Shown here: positions 9,623 through 17,346 of the stretch, piece by piece | How positions within the stretch are numbered: position 1 is the first letter of the stretch | Layout: every line of letters starts with the position of its first letter | Assembly (NCBI GenBank): GCA_963791895.1 | Contig: CAWBTY010000013.1 | Span: forward strand, 61,274-125,273 | Reading direction: 5' to 3' | Source of the DNA: an uncultured Actinomycetes bacterium | GTDB lineage: Bacteria; Actinomycetota; Thermoleophilia; Gaiellales; Gaiellaceae | Length of the DNA: 64,000 nucleotides | The notes under the pieces: generated by a model | What the model was told of the DNA's origin: nothing | Database searches by the model: none | Seen by the model: only the letters and a program-made list of their open reading frames with translations | Made by a program: the position numbers and the translations under genes

Positions 9623-10446
9623 CCGCCCTCGCCCGCGGCGGCGAGCGTGTTCGTCGCGGTCACGTGGAGCACGCTCTTCAGCTGGTACGGCGTCAGCTCG
9701 GGGTGCTTGGCGAGGACGAGCGCGGCGATCCCCGCGATGTGCGGCGCGGCGAAGCTGTTCCCGGTACAGCGGAGCGTCCCCCCTCCGGGCCACGCGACCT
9801 CGACGTCGACACCCCGCGCGAAGAGCTCCACCGGCGGGGTCGGATTCGCATACCAGGTCAGGGGGTCGGCCTCCTCGTGGCTGCCGACCGAGATCACGGA
9901 GGAGAACCGCCACGGATAGCTCGAGACGGGAAGGTTGTGGGCCGACGCGACCACGACCGTGCGGTTGAAGTACGCGGTATCGGCGATCTCGTGGAGCTGC
10001 TCCGCGAACCGCTGCTTGGTCGTCGAGAGACTGAGGCTGATCACACGATGACCTGCCTCGACGGCGTGGCTCAGGCCCGCGAGGATCAGGTCGCCCGCCC
10101 CTTTTGCCCCGGCTCCGAGGACTCTGACGCTGTGGAGCCGGCAGTCCGGCGCGAGCGAGCGGATGATCCCCGCGCAGGCGGTGCCGTGGCCGCAGACGTC
10201 GCCCTGCTCATCCTCGACGAGGCGAATCTCCTCGCCGACGCGTGTGACAGCGGTCGCGCTCGCCAGCGCGCCGACGAGGGGATGCCCGGCATCGACGCCG
10301 CTGTCGACGACGCAGACGTCGACCGCGCCCTGCGAGCCGCCGATCGCCCACTCCCGCGTGATCGCCGCCCGGAAGGAGCTCGGCGCCTCTATCGCCTGCG
10401 CGTCGCCCGGCGCGAGGCTCCACGCAGGTACGGGCCGCGAGCTCAC
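9619..10446 (-). CDS. S8 (subtilisin) family serine peptidase, no signal peptide
   Basis: Catalytic triad motifs VDSG, GHGTACAG, GNSFAAPH; GTG overlaps upstream TGA. Confidence 0.9.
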   Translation of the reverse strand: MSSRPVPAWSLAPGDAQAIEAPSSFRAAITREWAIGGSQGAVDVCVVDSGVDAGHPLVGALASATAVTRVGEEIRLVEDEQGDVCGHGTACAGIIRSLAPDCRLHSVRVLGAGAKGAGDLILAGLSHAVEAGHRVISLSLSTTKQRFAEQLHEIADTAYFNRTVVVASAHNLPVSSYPWRFSSVISVGSHEEADPLTWYANPTPPVELFARGVDVEVAWPGGGTLRCTGNSFAAPHIAGIAALVLAKHPELTPYQLKSVLHVTATNTLAAAGEGG

Positions 10447-11021
10447 TTCGTCGCGAGCGCGACGTCCCGCGCGGCCACGGCCGCCCGCGCCGCGGCCTCC
10501 GCCCGGGTGCGCAGATCGTCGTCCGGGCGAGTCGCGAGGTTCACCCGCACGAGCCCGGCTGCCGCCGTGCTCGCAGCCTCCGCGAGCACCGCTGCCGTCC
10601 ACGCGTCACCCCGCACGGCCTCGGCTCCCTCGCGTGCGGCGAGCGCGGCCAGGGCGGCGACGTCCGCCGCCGTCTCGGCGATCTGAAGAGGGACCCGTGC
10701 GGCGTCGCGCAGCGCCTTGCCGAGCGCCGCGTCGCGGTCGGGAGCGTCGAGCTGCGCGAGCGCCTCCGCGTAGACGCGGTGGTCGTCGTCGGCGAGGAGA
10801 AGTGAGCGATCGCCGAGCGCCGCAGCCTGGGCGGCGATCCCGGGCGCCTCCTCCCAGTCGCGCGACACACGCGCGACGAGCCGGACGAGCCCGGCTGCCA
10901 TGGTGGTCGCGAGAGCCGCGGCCGAGCCGCCGGCCGGCCCCGGGCCGGGCTCGGCGAGGACGTCGTGGAGGCGACCCATCGTCACTGCGGCGAGCTCGGC
11001 GCCGCTCGTCGTCGTGCTCAT
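10443..11021 (-). CDS. cyclodeaminase/cyclohydrolase (FTCD C-terminal) family protein
   Basis: PGPAGGSAAALA, AARVPLQIAE, GDAWTAA..VRVNL; all-helical. Confidence 0.75.
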   Translation of the reverse strand: MSTTTSGAELAAVTMGRLHDVLAEPGPGPAGGSAAALATTMAAGLVRLVARVSRDWEEAPGIAAQAAALGDRSLLLADDDHRVYAEALAQLDAPDRDAALGKALRDAARVPLQIAETAADVAALAALAAREGAEAVRGDAWTAAVLAEAASTAAAGLVRVNLATRPDDDLRTRAEAAARAAVAARDVALATK

Positions 11022-11263
11022 TCCTCGAGCCGGCGGCGCAGGTGGGCGACGACGGACGGCGTCGGCTCGACGCCCTCGGCGCGGAGCAGCGCCTCGAGGT
11101 CTGCGATCGCGCGCTCTCGCAGCCGCTCGTCGCGCTCGATCCGCTCGTAGAGCGTCTCGAGCTCACGGCGCGCGAGAGGCAGCTCCTTTGCCGCCTCGAC
11201 CCAGCCCACGGGCGGGGCAGGCAGCGCTCGGAGCAGCCCGGCGATCCTCTCCTCGGGTGTCAT
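11018..11263 (-). CDS. small helical protein downstream of ECF sigma
   Basis: 81 aa, GGGAG RBS, stop overlaps next start. Confidence 0.7.
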   Translation of the reverse strand: MTPEERIAGLLRALPAPPVGWVEAAKELPLARRELETLYERIERDERLRERAIADLEALLRAEGVEPTPSVVAHLRRRLEE

Positions 11264-11265
11264 CG

Positions 11266-11856
11266 TCAGTCTCCCACCTTCCCACCTGACGCAGTGGCGG
11301 GCTGTTTTCTTCCCGGCTCGAGGCGGTCGCGCAGCCGTCCGAGGCAACGGGCGATCCTGCTCGCGATCGTGCCGGACGGGAGGTCGAGCTCGGCGCCGAT
11401 CGTCCGGTAGCTCTCATCGCGACAGAAGAACCGATCCAGGATCTCGCTGCAGTCCGGCGAGAGCTCGTCGAGCGCGGCGCGCACGCTCATCGCCTCGTCG
11501 AGGCGGTCGAGGCCGTCGTCGGCCTCCTCGGGCGGGTCGGCGACCGTGATCTCACGGCCCGAGCGGCGGAGCGCATCGATGGAGCACCTGCGAGTGGTCT
11601 GCGCGATCCAGGGCCTGAGCGCGTCGTCGTCGCGGAGCGTCCCGAGCCGTTCGAAGATGCGCGCGAAGACCTCCTGGAAGACGTCTTCCGCGTCAGCGGG
11701 CGGAACACGGAAGACGCGCGTGACGATGGCGTGCACATACCGCGCGTACCGGTCGACCAGGATCGTCCAGGCGTCGTGGTCGCCCGCCCGGCAGCGTGCG
11801 ACGAGCTCGGAGTCCGACGCGGCGCTCAACCGCGGCCCCAGCGTCCTCGCAGTCAG
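11266..11856 (-). CDS. ECF sigma-70 factor (start CTG 11856 or TTG 11829)
   Basis: Region 2 DAEDVFQEVF..LRPWI; region 4 SYRTIGAELDLPSGTIASRIAR. Confidence 0.9.
   Translation of the reverse strand: MTARTLGPRLSAASDSELVARCRAGDHDAWTILVDRYARYVHAIVTRVFRVPPADAEDVFQEVFARIFERLGTLRDDDALRPWIAQTTRRCSIDALRRSGREITVADPPEEADDGLDRLDEAMSVRAALDELSPDCSEILDRFFCRDESYRTIGAELDLPSGTIASRIARCLGRLRDRLEPGRKQPATASGGKVGD
11275..11314 (-). promoter_or_regulatory. putative ECF-sigma promoter GGGAAGA-N14-TGCGTC inside the sigma 3' end
   Basis: Same boxes and spacing as 8481-8520. Confidence 0.6.
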
Positions 11857-12263
11857 CGCGACTCGGCGGCGCGGAGTCGCTCGGCGAGCAGCTCGAGGAG
11901 CTTCCAGGTGACCTGCGGGCGACCCTCTGCGAAGCTGCGGAAGCTCCACACGGGGAGCGCGTAGGCGCGGAGCTGCGAGGTCGCCGTCACGGTCGCCGAG
12001 CGTGCCGACTTGTCGACGAGCGCGACCTCACCGAAGGACGCGCCAGGGCCGAGCGTCCCGACCGGTTTGCCGCCGACGCTCACCTCGGCGGTGCCGCTGT
12101 CCACGACGAAGAAGTTGAGTCCCCCTTCGCCCTCCGTCGCGATCGCCTGGTCCGGCTGGAACTCGCGCTCGACGAAGTCGCTCGCGAGCTGCGACACGGA
12201 GGCGTCGTCGAGATCCGCGAAGATGGGGATGCCGCGGATCAGCTCTGGGGTCGGGTCGGCCAC
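11853..12263 (-). CDS. stand-alone cyclic-nucleotide-binding domain protein
   Basis: IPIFADL, EGEGGLNFFVVDSG, GASFGEVAL..RSATV; no HTH. Confidence 0.9.
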   Translation of the reverse strand: MADPTPELIRGIPIFADLDDASVSQLASDFVEREFQPDQAIATEGEGGLNFFVVDSGTAEVSVGGKPVGTLGPGASFGEVALVDKSARSATVTATSQLRAYALPVWSFRSFAEGRPQVTWKLLELLAERLRAAESR

Positions 12264-12272
12264 AGCGCGACC

Positions 12273-12500
12273 TTACCGCTCCGCGGGGGTCGTGTCACTC
12301 CCGTCGTCCGCGCCTCCCGGACGGAGCTCCTCGATTCTCAGCTCGGCACGGTCGAGCCGCTCGGAGCACGCGCGCCGGAGCTCCTCGCCCCGCTCCCAGA
12401 GGGCCAGCGCCTCGTCGAGCGCGACGTCGCCTCGCTCGAGGCGCGCGACGATCTCGTCGAGCTCGCGCTGGAGCTCCTCGAACGACCGTTCGTCCGTCAG
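12273..12500 (-). CDS. xseB: exodeoxyribonuclease VII small subunit
   Basis: SFEELQRELDEIVARLERGDVALDEALALWERG; CTG start after GAGGAGG, downstream of xseA. Confidence 0.85.
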   Translation of the reverse strand: MTDERSFEELQRELDEIVARLERGDVALDEALALWERGEELRRACSERLDRAELRIEELRPGGADDGSDTTPAER

Positions 12501-13642
12501 CGCCTGACCTCCTCGACCCGGGCGCCGAGCCCGCCGCGGGCGAGCTCGATCTCGATGGCGCCGCCGGGGCTCAGCGTGGCCGCGTCGCGCACGACCGCGT
12601 CGGCGGCGCGCACGATCGCGTAGCCACGTGCGAGCGTCGCGCGCGGTGAGAGCGCCTGGAGCCGTGCGCCGGCACGATCGAGCGCCACCCTGCGTCGCTC
12701 GAGGTAGAGACGCGGCGCCGAGGAGAGGCGCTCGCCGCTCCGCGCGACACGTCCCCGGTCGCGCTCCAGGAGGCGCACGACGCTGCCGTCGAGTCTCTCC
12801 CCGGTTCGCCCGAGCCTCGACCGCAGCTCGTCGAGGTCGGGGACGACGAGCCGGGCGGCGGCCGTCGGCGTCGGCGCGCGGACATCGGCGGCGAGGTCGC
12901 AGAGCGGCTCGTCCTGCTCGTGGCCGACCGCCGAGACGACGGGGACGGGAGACGCGGCCACCGCGCGGACGACGCGCTCGTCGCTGAAGGGGAGGAGATC
13001 CTCGAAGCTGCCGCCTCCTCGCGCCAGGATCACCACGTCGACACCGTCGCCGGCCACGAGCCGGTTGAGCGCGCCGACGATCGCCGTGGTCGCTCCGGGG
13101 CCCTGCACGCGAGTCTCCGCGACGACTAGCCGTACCGCCGGGAAGCGCGTCGTGATCGCCGCGACGACGTCGCCGCGAGCGGCCGCGTCGACGCCGGTGA
13201 CGAGCCCGACCCCGCGTGGGAAGCGCGGCAGCGGCCGCTTGCGCTCGGCCGCGAACAGTCCCTCCGCCTCGAGCCGGCGGCGGAGCCGGTGGAGCGCCGC
13301 CGCGTGGTCGCCCGCGCCGACCCGCTCGACGGTGGCGAGCCGGAAGCTCAACTCGCCGCGCGCCTCGTAGAGCTGGAGCCTGCCGAGCGCCTGCACGCGC
13401 TCGCCCTCGACCAGCACGGGCTCGATCGCGTCGAAGCGGCCGCGCTGCATCGTCGCCGGCAGGCACGCCCCCGTCTCGACGTCCTTGAGCGTCACGAAGA
13501 CGTTCGCCCAGATTGGATTCCGCTTGAGCTCGGAGATCTCGCCCTCGACCCACACGTCCCGCACCCGGCCGACGTAGCTCGCGAGCCGCCTGTTGAAGGC
13601 CGCGACCGGATAGACCTTGCGCTCGGCGGGCGTGACGGTCAT
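12497..13642 (-). CDS. xseA: exodeoxyribonuclease VII large subunit
   Basis: VWVEGEIS, ARGGGSFEDL, SAVGHEQD, APTPTAAA, LSPRATLARGY. Confidence 0.95.
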   Translation of the reverse strand: MTVTPAERKVYPVAAFNRRLASYVGRVRDVWVEGEISELKRNPIWANVFVTLKDVETGACLPATMQRGRFDAIEPVLVEGERVQALGRLQLYEARGELSFRLATVERVGAGDHAAALHRLRRRLEAEGLFAAERKRPLPRFPRGVGLVTGVDAAARGDVVAAITTRFPAVRLVVAETRVQGPGATTAIVGALNRLVAGDGVDVVILARGGGSFEDLLPFSDERVVRAVAASPVPVVSAVGHEQDEPLCDLAADVRAPTPTAAARLVVPDLDELRSRLGRTGERLDGSVVRLLERDRGRVARSGERLSSAPRLYLERRRVALDRAGARLQALSPRATLARGYAIVRAADAVVRDAATLSPGGAIEIELARGGLGARVEEVRR

Positions 13643-13669
13643 ATGCACGAGCCTACTAACGCGCTTTGA

Positions 13670-13777
13670 AACGAGGCAGTTGCGGCGGCGAAGCCGACGC
13701 CTTCAGGGGTCTGCCCCGCCGTAGGCGGGGATCTAGCCGCGGGATTCGGCTCCTGCCGAATCCCGCCTGGCGAACAA
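13670..13777 (-). repeat. long multi-hairpin repeat, copy 2
   Basis: CGCCTTCAGGG core plus two covarying hairpins. Confidence 0.85.
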
Positions 13778-13824
13778 ACTTTCCGCGGCAGGGATCGTCG
13801 AAGGCAGCACGAAACAGCGAGCCA

Positions 13825-14028
13825 ATGGCCGAGTTGACCGAGACACCCGTGTGGCGCGAGGACGAGCAGTCCAAGGTCGAGAGCTGGCGCCTGCACGTCC
13901 TGATCGAGGCCGGCTTCCCGCTGCCGCTCGCCGAGCGCCTCGCCGGGAGCGAGGTCGACCTGCACACGTGCGTCGAGCTCGTCCGTCAGGGCTGTGCCCC
14001 GGTCGTCGCGGCAGAAATACTGCTGTAA
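13825..14028 (+). CDS. small hypothetical protein
   Basis: 67-aa ORF, typical codon usage (WRLHVLIEAGFP..VDLH..GC..AAEILL). Confidence 0.6.
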   Translation: MAELTETPVWREDEQSKVESWRLHVLIEAGFPLPLAERLAGSEVDLHTCVELVRQGCAPVVAAEILL

Positions 14029-14063
14029 GCCCTGTTCGGCAAGCACTTCGCGGTCGGACCCCC

Positions 14064-14088
14064 GGTGTCCGACTTCAAGTCGGACACC
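14064..14088. repeat. REP-like palindrome GGTGTCCGACTTCAAGTCGGACACC
   Basis: Identical to 8958-8982. Confidence 0.9.
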
Positions 14089-14105
14089 TGACCTCTACGC
14101 GCGCG

Positions 14106-15017
14106 TCAGCGTTGCAGCCGCTGGGCCAGCTCGTCGCGCATGAGGATGTCCACCGCGCGGTCGAGCTCCCGTTGCAGGCGCGTGGCAGCTTCCTCGCGCG
14201 CCTCGCGTAGCCGCTCGTCGTAGGCGAGCATCGCGATCTGCGTGTGGCGCTCCACCTCTCGCTCGGTCACGCGCTCGAGCCGGTCGGTCTGCCGGCGCTC
14301 CCACTCGGCGAGCACCACGTCGAGCCGCGCCCGGACGTCCGTCTCCGCCTTCTCCAGGGAGTCGGCCACGGCCGTCTCGCGCGCACGGAGCCTCTCGGTG
14401 ATCTCCTCGATCGCGCGGCGGCGCTCGACCGTCTGGGCCTCCAGCTCGTCGAGCGCCTCGGTGACCGCCTGCCCGGCGGCGCGCTCCAGCTCCTCGCGAA
14501 GCCGGAGCACCGTCCGACGCTGCTCGTCGGCCGTCGAGCCGAGCTCGGCGGCTTCCGACTCGAGGCGAGTCGCGACCTCCGTGAGCGCGTGCCGGTATCG
14601 CTGCTCGAGGTTCGCGAGCTGGGCCTCGAGGTGCCGCTGCGCACGCTCGAGGTCCTCGGAGAAGCTGCGCAACCGCTCCTCGAGCCGACGCTCCGAGCGG
14701 GCGAGCTCCTCGACGAGCGCCTCGCCCGCCCGGCGCTCTCGCTCGACGTGCTCGGCGCGCCGTTCCTCGGCGAGACGACGTTCCTCCGCGACGAGGACGG
14801 ACGCGGTGTCCGCCCGCTCCCGCGCGAGCACGCGCCGGATCTCCTCCGTGTGGGCGGCCGTCTCCGCCTTGACCGCCTCACGCACCGCCTGTTGCGCCTC
14901 CGAGACGAGCAGGGAGGTGGCCGCGGCGTCGGCGCGCGCGCGCCGCACCGAGAACCAGAGGACGCCGGCGACCGCAACGGCGGCGACCAGTGCCGCGGCG
15001 AGAATCCAGATGGTCAC
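14106..15017 (-). CDS. membrane-anchored coiled-coil protein
   Basis: N-terminal TM then about 270 aa E/R/A/L-rich heptads; TACCCT -10 six nt before GTG. Confidence 0.75.
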   Translation of the reverse strand: MTIWILAAALVAAVAVAGVLWFSVRRARADAAATSLLVSEAQQAVREAVKAETAAHTEEIRRVLARERADTASVLVAEERRLAEERRAEHVERERRAGEALVEELARSERRLEERLRSFSEDLERAQRHLEAQLANLEQRYRHALTEVATRLESEAAELGSTADEQRRTVLRLREELERAAGQAVTEALDELEAQTVERRRAIEEITERLRARETAVADSLEKAETDVRARLDVVLAEWERRQTDRLERVTEREVERHTQIAMLAYDERLREAREEAATRLQRELDRAVDILMRDELAQRLQR

Positions 15018-15040
15018 GCGTGCAGGGTAGAGCGCAGCGC

Positions 15041-15787
15041 TCAGACGCGGACCGCGATGAGGGCCATTGCGAGCACCACGGTCGCCAGGGCGAGGAGTCG
15101 GAGCGCCGTCTCGGGCGCCTGGAGCAGGGCCTCGCGCGTCACCGGCTCGCTCGTTCCGTCGGCGTGCAGCAGGCGTCCCTCGACCGCCTCCACCGAACGC
15201 CGGAGCCGGCGAACGTCGTGCGAGAGGCGGCGCTGCGCGAGCGAGAGCAACGCCGCCCAGGCCGCCGCCAGGATCGCCTCGACGCGGATCGTGCCCGTCT
15301 GCGCCACGAACGCCGTCACCGCCGGGAAGGCACCCCAGGCGAGTGCGAACCCGAGATCGGTGTGCACGCGACCGCCGAAGAGCGCGAGGTTGTACGCCGG
15401 CACGAGCGCCACGCCGACCGCGACGAGCGGGAGGATCCAGAGCGTCCGCTCGAGCGCGACGACGATGCCGATCGCGGCCGCGGCCGCCACCGACACGATC
15501 GCCAGGCCGACGAGCACCCGCGACGGTATGGACGTCGCGAGCGGACGGCCATCGAGCTCGTCGAGCGCATGTGCGCCGACGCCCATCGCGAGCGCGAACG
15601 CCAGCACCGTCAGGGCGAGCGTCCCCCAAGCGACGGTCGCCGCGAGGCAGCCGCCGACGACCACGTAGGAGAGATGCCAGGCCGTGTACGGCAGGTGGAG
15701 GAGCGTCACGTAGTCGCGCCAGCCGCCCCGGCGGAGCGCATAGAACGCCGGTCGCGGAGCCTGCAACAGCCTGTCGTTATCTCCCAT
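15041..15787 (-). CDS. integral membrane protein, possibly UbiA-like prenyltransferase
   Basis: Multiple TM helices, LHLPYTAWHLSY, HALDEL; coupled to methyltransferase. Confidence 0.6.
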   Translation of the reverse strand: MGDNDRLLQAPRPAFYALRRGGWRDYVTLLHLPYTAWHLSYVVVGGCLAATVAWGTLALTVLAFALAMGVGAHALDELDGRPLATSIPSRVLVGLAIVSVAAAAAIGIVVALERTLWILPLVAVGVALVPAYNLALFGGRVHTDLGFALAWGAFPAVTAFVAQTGTIRVEAILAAAWAALLSLAQRRLSHDVRRLRRSVEAVEGRLLHADGTSEPVTREALLQAPETALRLLALATVVLAMALIAVRV

Positions 15788-16469
15788 CGCGTCGCCCCCA
15801 GATCACGAGCCCTCCGCCCACGCTCAGGCGGCGGGCGCCCAGGACGGCGATGCCGGCGTCACGCCAGAGAGACAGCAGGCGGTCTTCCGGGTACGCGGCG
15901 TGGAAGGAGCGGATCGAGGGGCCGAGGAAGCGGCCGACCTCGTGCCAGCCGGGCGAGAGCAGACGCCCGGCGAGCGGCAGGCCGACGTCGACCCACAGAT
16001 CCCACGCCCGCCGCCAGACGCCGCGAGGGAGACCGAACTCGAGCATCGCGACCGTCCCGCCGGGCCGCACGACGCGCGCGAGCTCGGCGAGTGTCGCCGC
16101 GGGATCGTCGACGTACCGGAGGAGGTAGGTGAACGTGAGGTGGTCGAACGAGGCGTCCGGAAACGGAAGCGCGTCGGCCGACGCCTCGACGAGCTCGACG
16201 CGGCCGCCGAGCCGCTTGCGCGCGCGAGCGAGCATCTCGGGGCTCTGATCGACGCCGGTGACGTCGAAGCCGCGCGCCTCGAGCCGTGCCGCGACGAGCC
16301 CGGTCCCGGTCGCCACGTCGAGCACGTCACCGCCTCCGGCGGGCAGCCGCGAGACGAGGAACCGCCGCCAGCGAGGATCCTGGCCGAACGAGAGGACGGC
16401 CGCGACCCGGTCGTAGCTCGGGCCGAGGGGCGCGAAGAGCGCGCGCGCATGGTCGGCTCGGGCGGACAT
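15777..16469 (-). CDS. UbiE/MenG family SAM methyltransferase
   Basis: LSFGQDPRWR, VLDVATGTG, LPFPDASFD, RVVRPGG. Confidence 0.85.
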   Translation of the reverse strand: MSARADHARALFAPLGPSYDRVAAVLSFGQDPRWRRFLVSRLPAGGGDVLDVATGTGLVAARLEARGFDVTGVDQSPEMLARARKRLGGRVELVEASADALPFPDASFDHLTFTYLLRYVDDPAATLAELARVVRPGGTVAMLEFGLPRGVWRRAWDLWVDVGLPLAGRLLSPGWHEVGRFLGPSIRSFHAAYPEDRLLSLWRDAGIAVLGARRLSVGGGLVIWGRRDGR

Positions 16470-16489
16470 CCCGCTTCTATCCTGGCACG

Positions 16490-17032
16490 GTGGGCCTGGC
16501 GGACGACCTGGAGCGGATCGCCGCGAGCCTCGCCGAGGACGGCGCCGTGACGGGCGTCCTCGCGACGGAGCCCGCCTCCGGCCGACGCATCTACGTCTGT
16601 GCGTTCGAGGAGCCGGACGGGAGCCGATCCTGGCTGGCGCTGGATCCGGACGGCAGGCGGATCGGCGATCGGCGCGAGGTGCGCGATGCGGTCTCGATCG
16701 CGGCCCTGTGCGAGGTCGCCGAGGAGGCAGCGTTCCCGGGCGATCTCGACGAGCTTCGCTCCCAGCTCGTCGCCCTGCGGATCTCGGAGGCTCCGGAGGG
16801 GATCGAGGAGGCGGAGCAGGCTGCGCGCCGCCTTCAGCACGTGCTGGGCAAGCCGCCCCAGCTCGCGACGCCTTCACGGCTCGACGAGATCGGCGACGCG
16901 GCGCGGCAGCTCGAGCGGGCACTCGACCCGACGGCGCCGTCGGCGTTCACGACCGCGATGCGGAGCGCCGCCGCGGTCGCGGACGCGCTGTGGGAGGACG
17001 TGCAGTCCGCCTATCGCGGGACGCTAACCTGA
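16490..17032 (+). CDS. hypothetical protein
   Basis: TATCCT -10 six nt before GTG; typical codon usage. Confidence 0.65.
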   Translation: MGLADDLERIAASLAEDGAVTGVLATEPASGRRIYVCAFEEPDGSRSWLALDPDGRRIGDRREVRDAVSIAALCEVAEEAAFPGDLDELRSQLVALRISEAPEGIEEAEQAARRLQHVLGKPPQLATPSRLDEIGDAARQLERALDPTAPSAFTTAMRSAAAVADALWEDVQSAYRGTLT

Positions 17033-17037
17033 CGGCA

Positions 17038-17334
17038 ATGGAGGGCGGCGGCTTCTTCCCGTTCGGCGGCGACCCGGAGGAGATCCTGCGCGGGCTGCGC
17101 GACTTCGCCGAGCAGCAGGCCGAGGGCGTCAAGGAGACGCAGCGCGAGCAGTTCGCGACCCTCACGCTCTCGACGGCGGTCGACCTGACCCAGGCGGCGC
17201 TCGCGCAGATCCAGCCGTCCGGCTCGTCGGACGAGCAGGCCATCCAGCTACGCGACGCGATGCGCGTGCTCTTCCCCGAGGCGGTCGCGCTCGTCTCCGC
17301 TGCCCGGCAAGGGTTCATGCGGGAATCTCCCTAG
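17038..17334 (+). CDS. hypothetical protein
   Basis: MEGGGFFPFGGDPEE; TAACCT seven nt before ATG. Confidence 0.65.
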   Translation: MEGGGFFPFGGDPEEILRGLRDFAEQQAEGVKETQREQFATLTLSTAVDLTQAALAQIQPSGSSDEQAIQLRDAMRVLFPEAVALVSAARQGFMRESP

Positions 17335-17346
17335 AATCCCCGCCCG

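Noticed and set aside
8431-10686. 751-aa plus-strand ORF and similar long R/A/P-rich ORFs (for example 1481-3289, 51310-53685)
   Set aside because: Antisense or off-frame shadows of real genes, expected at this GC content
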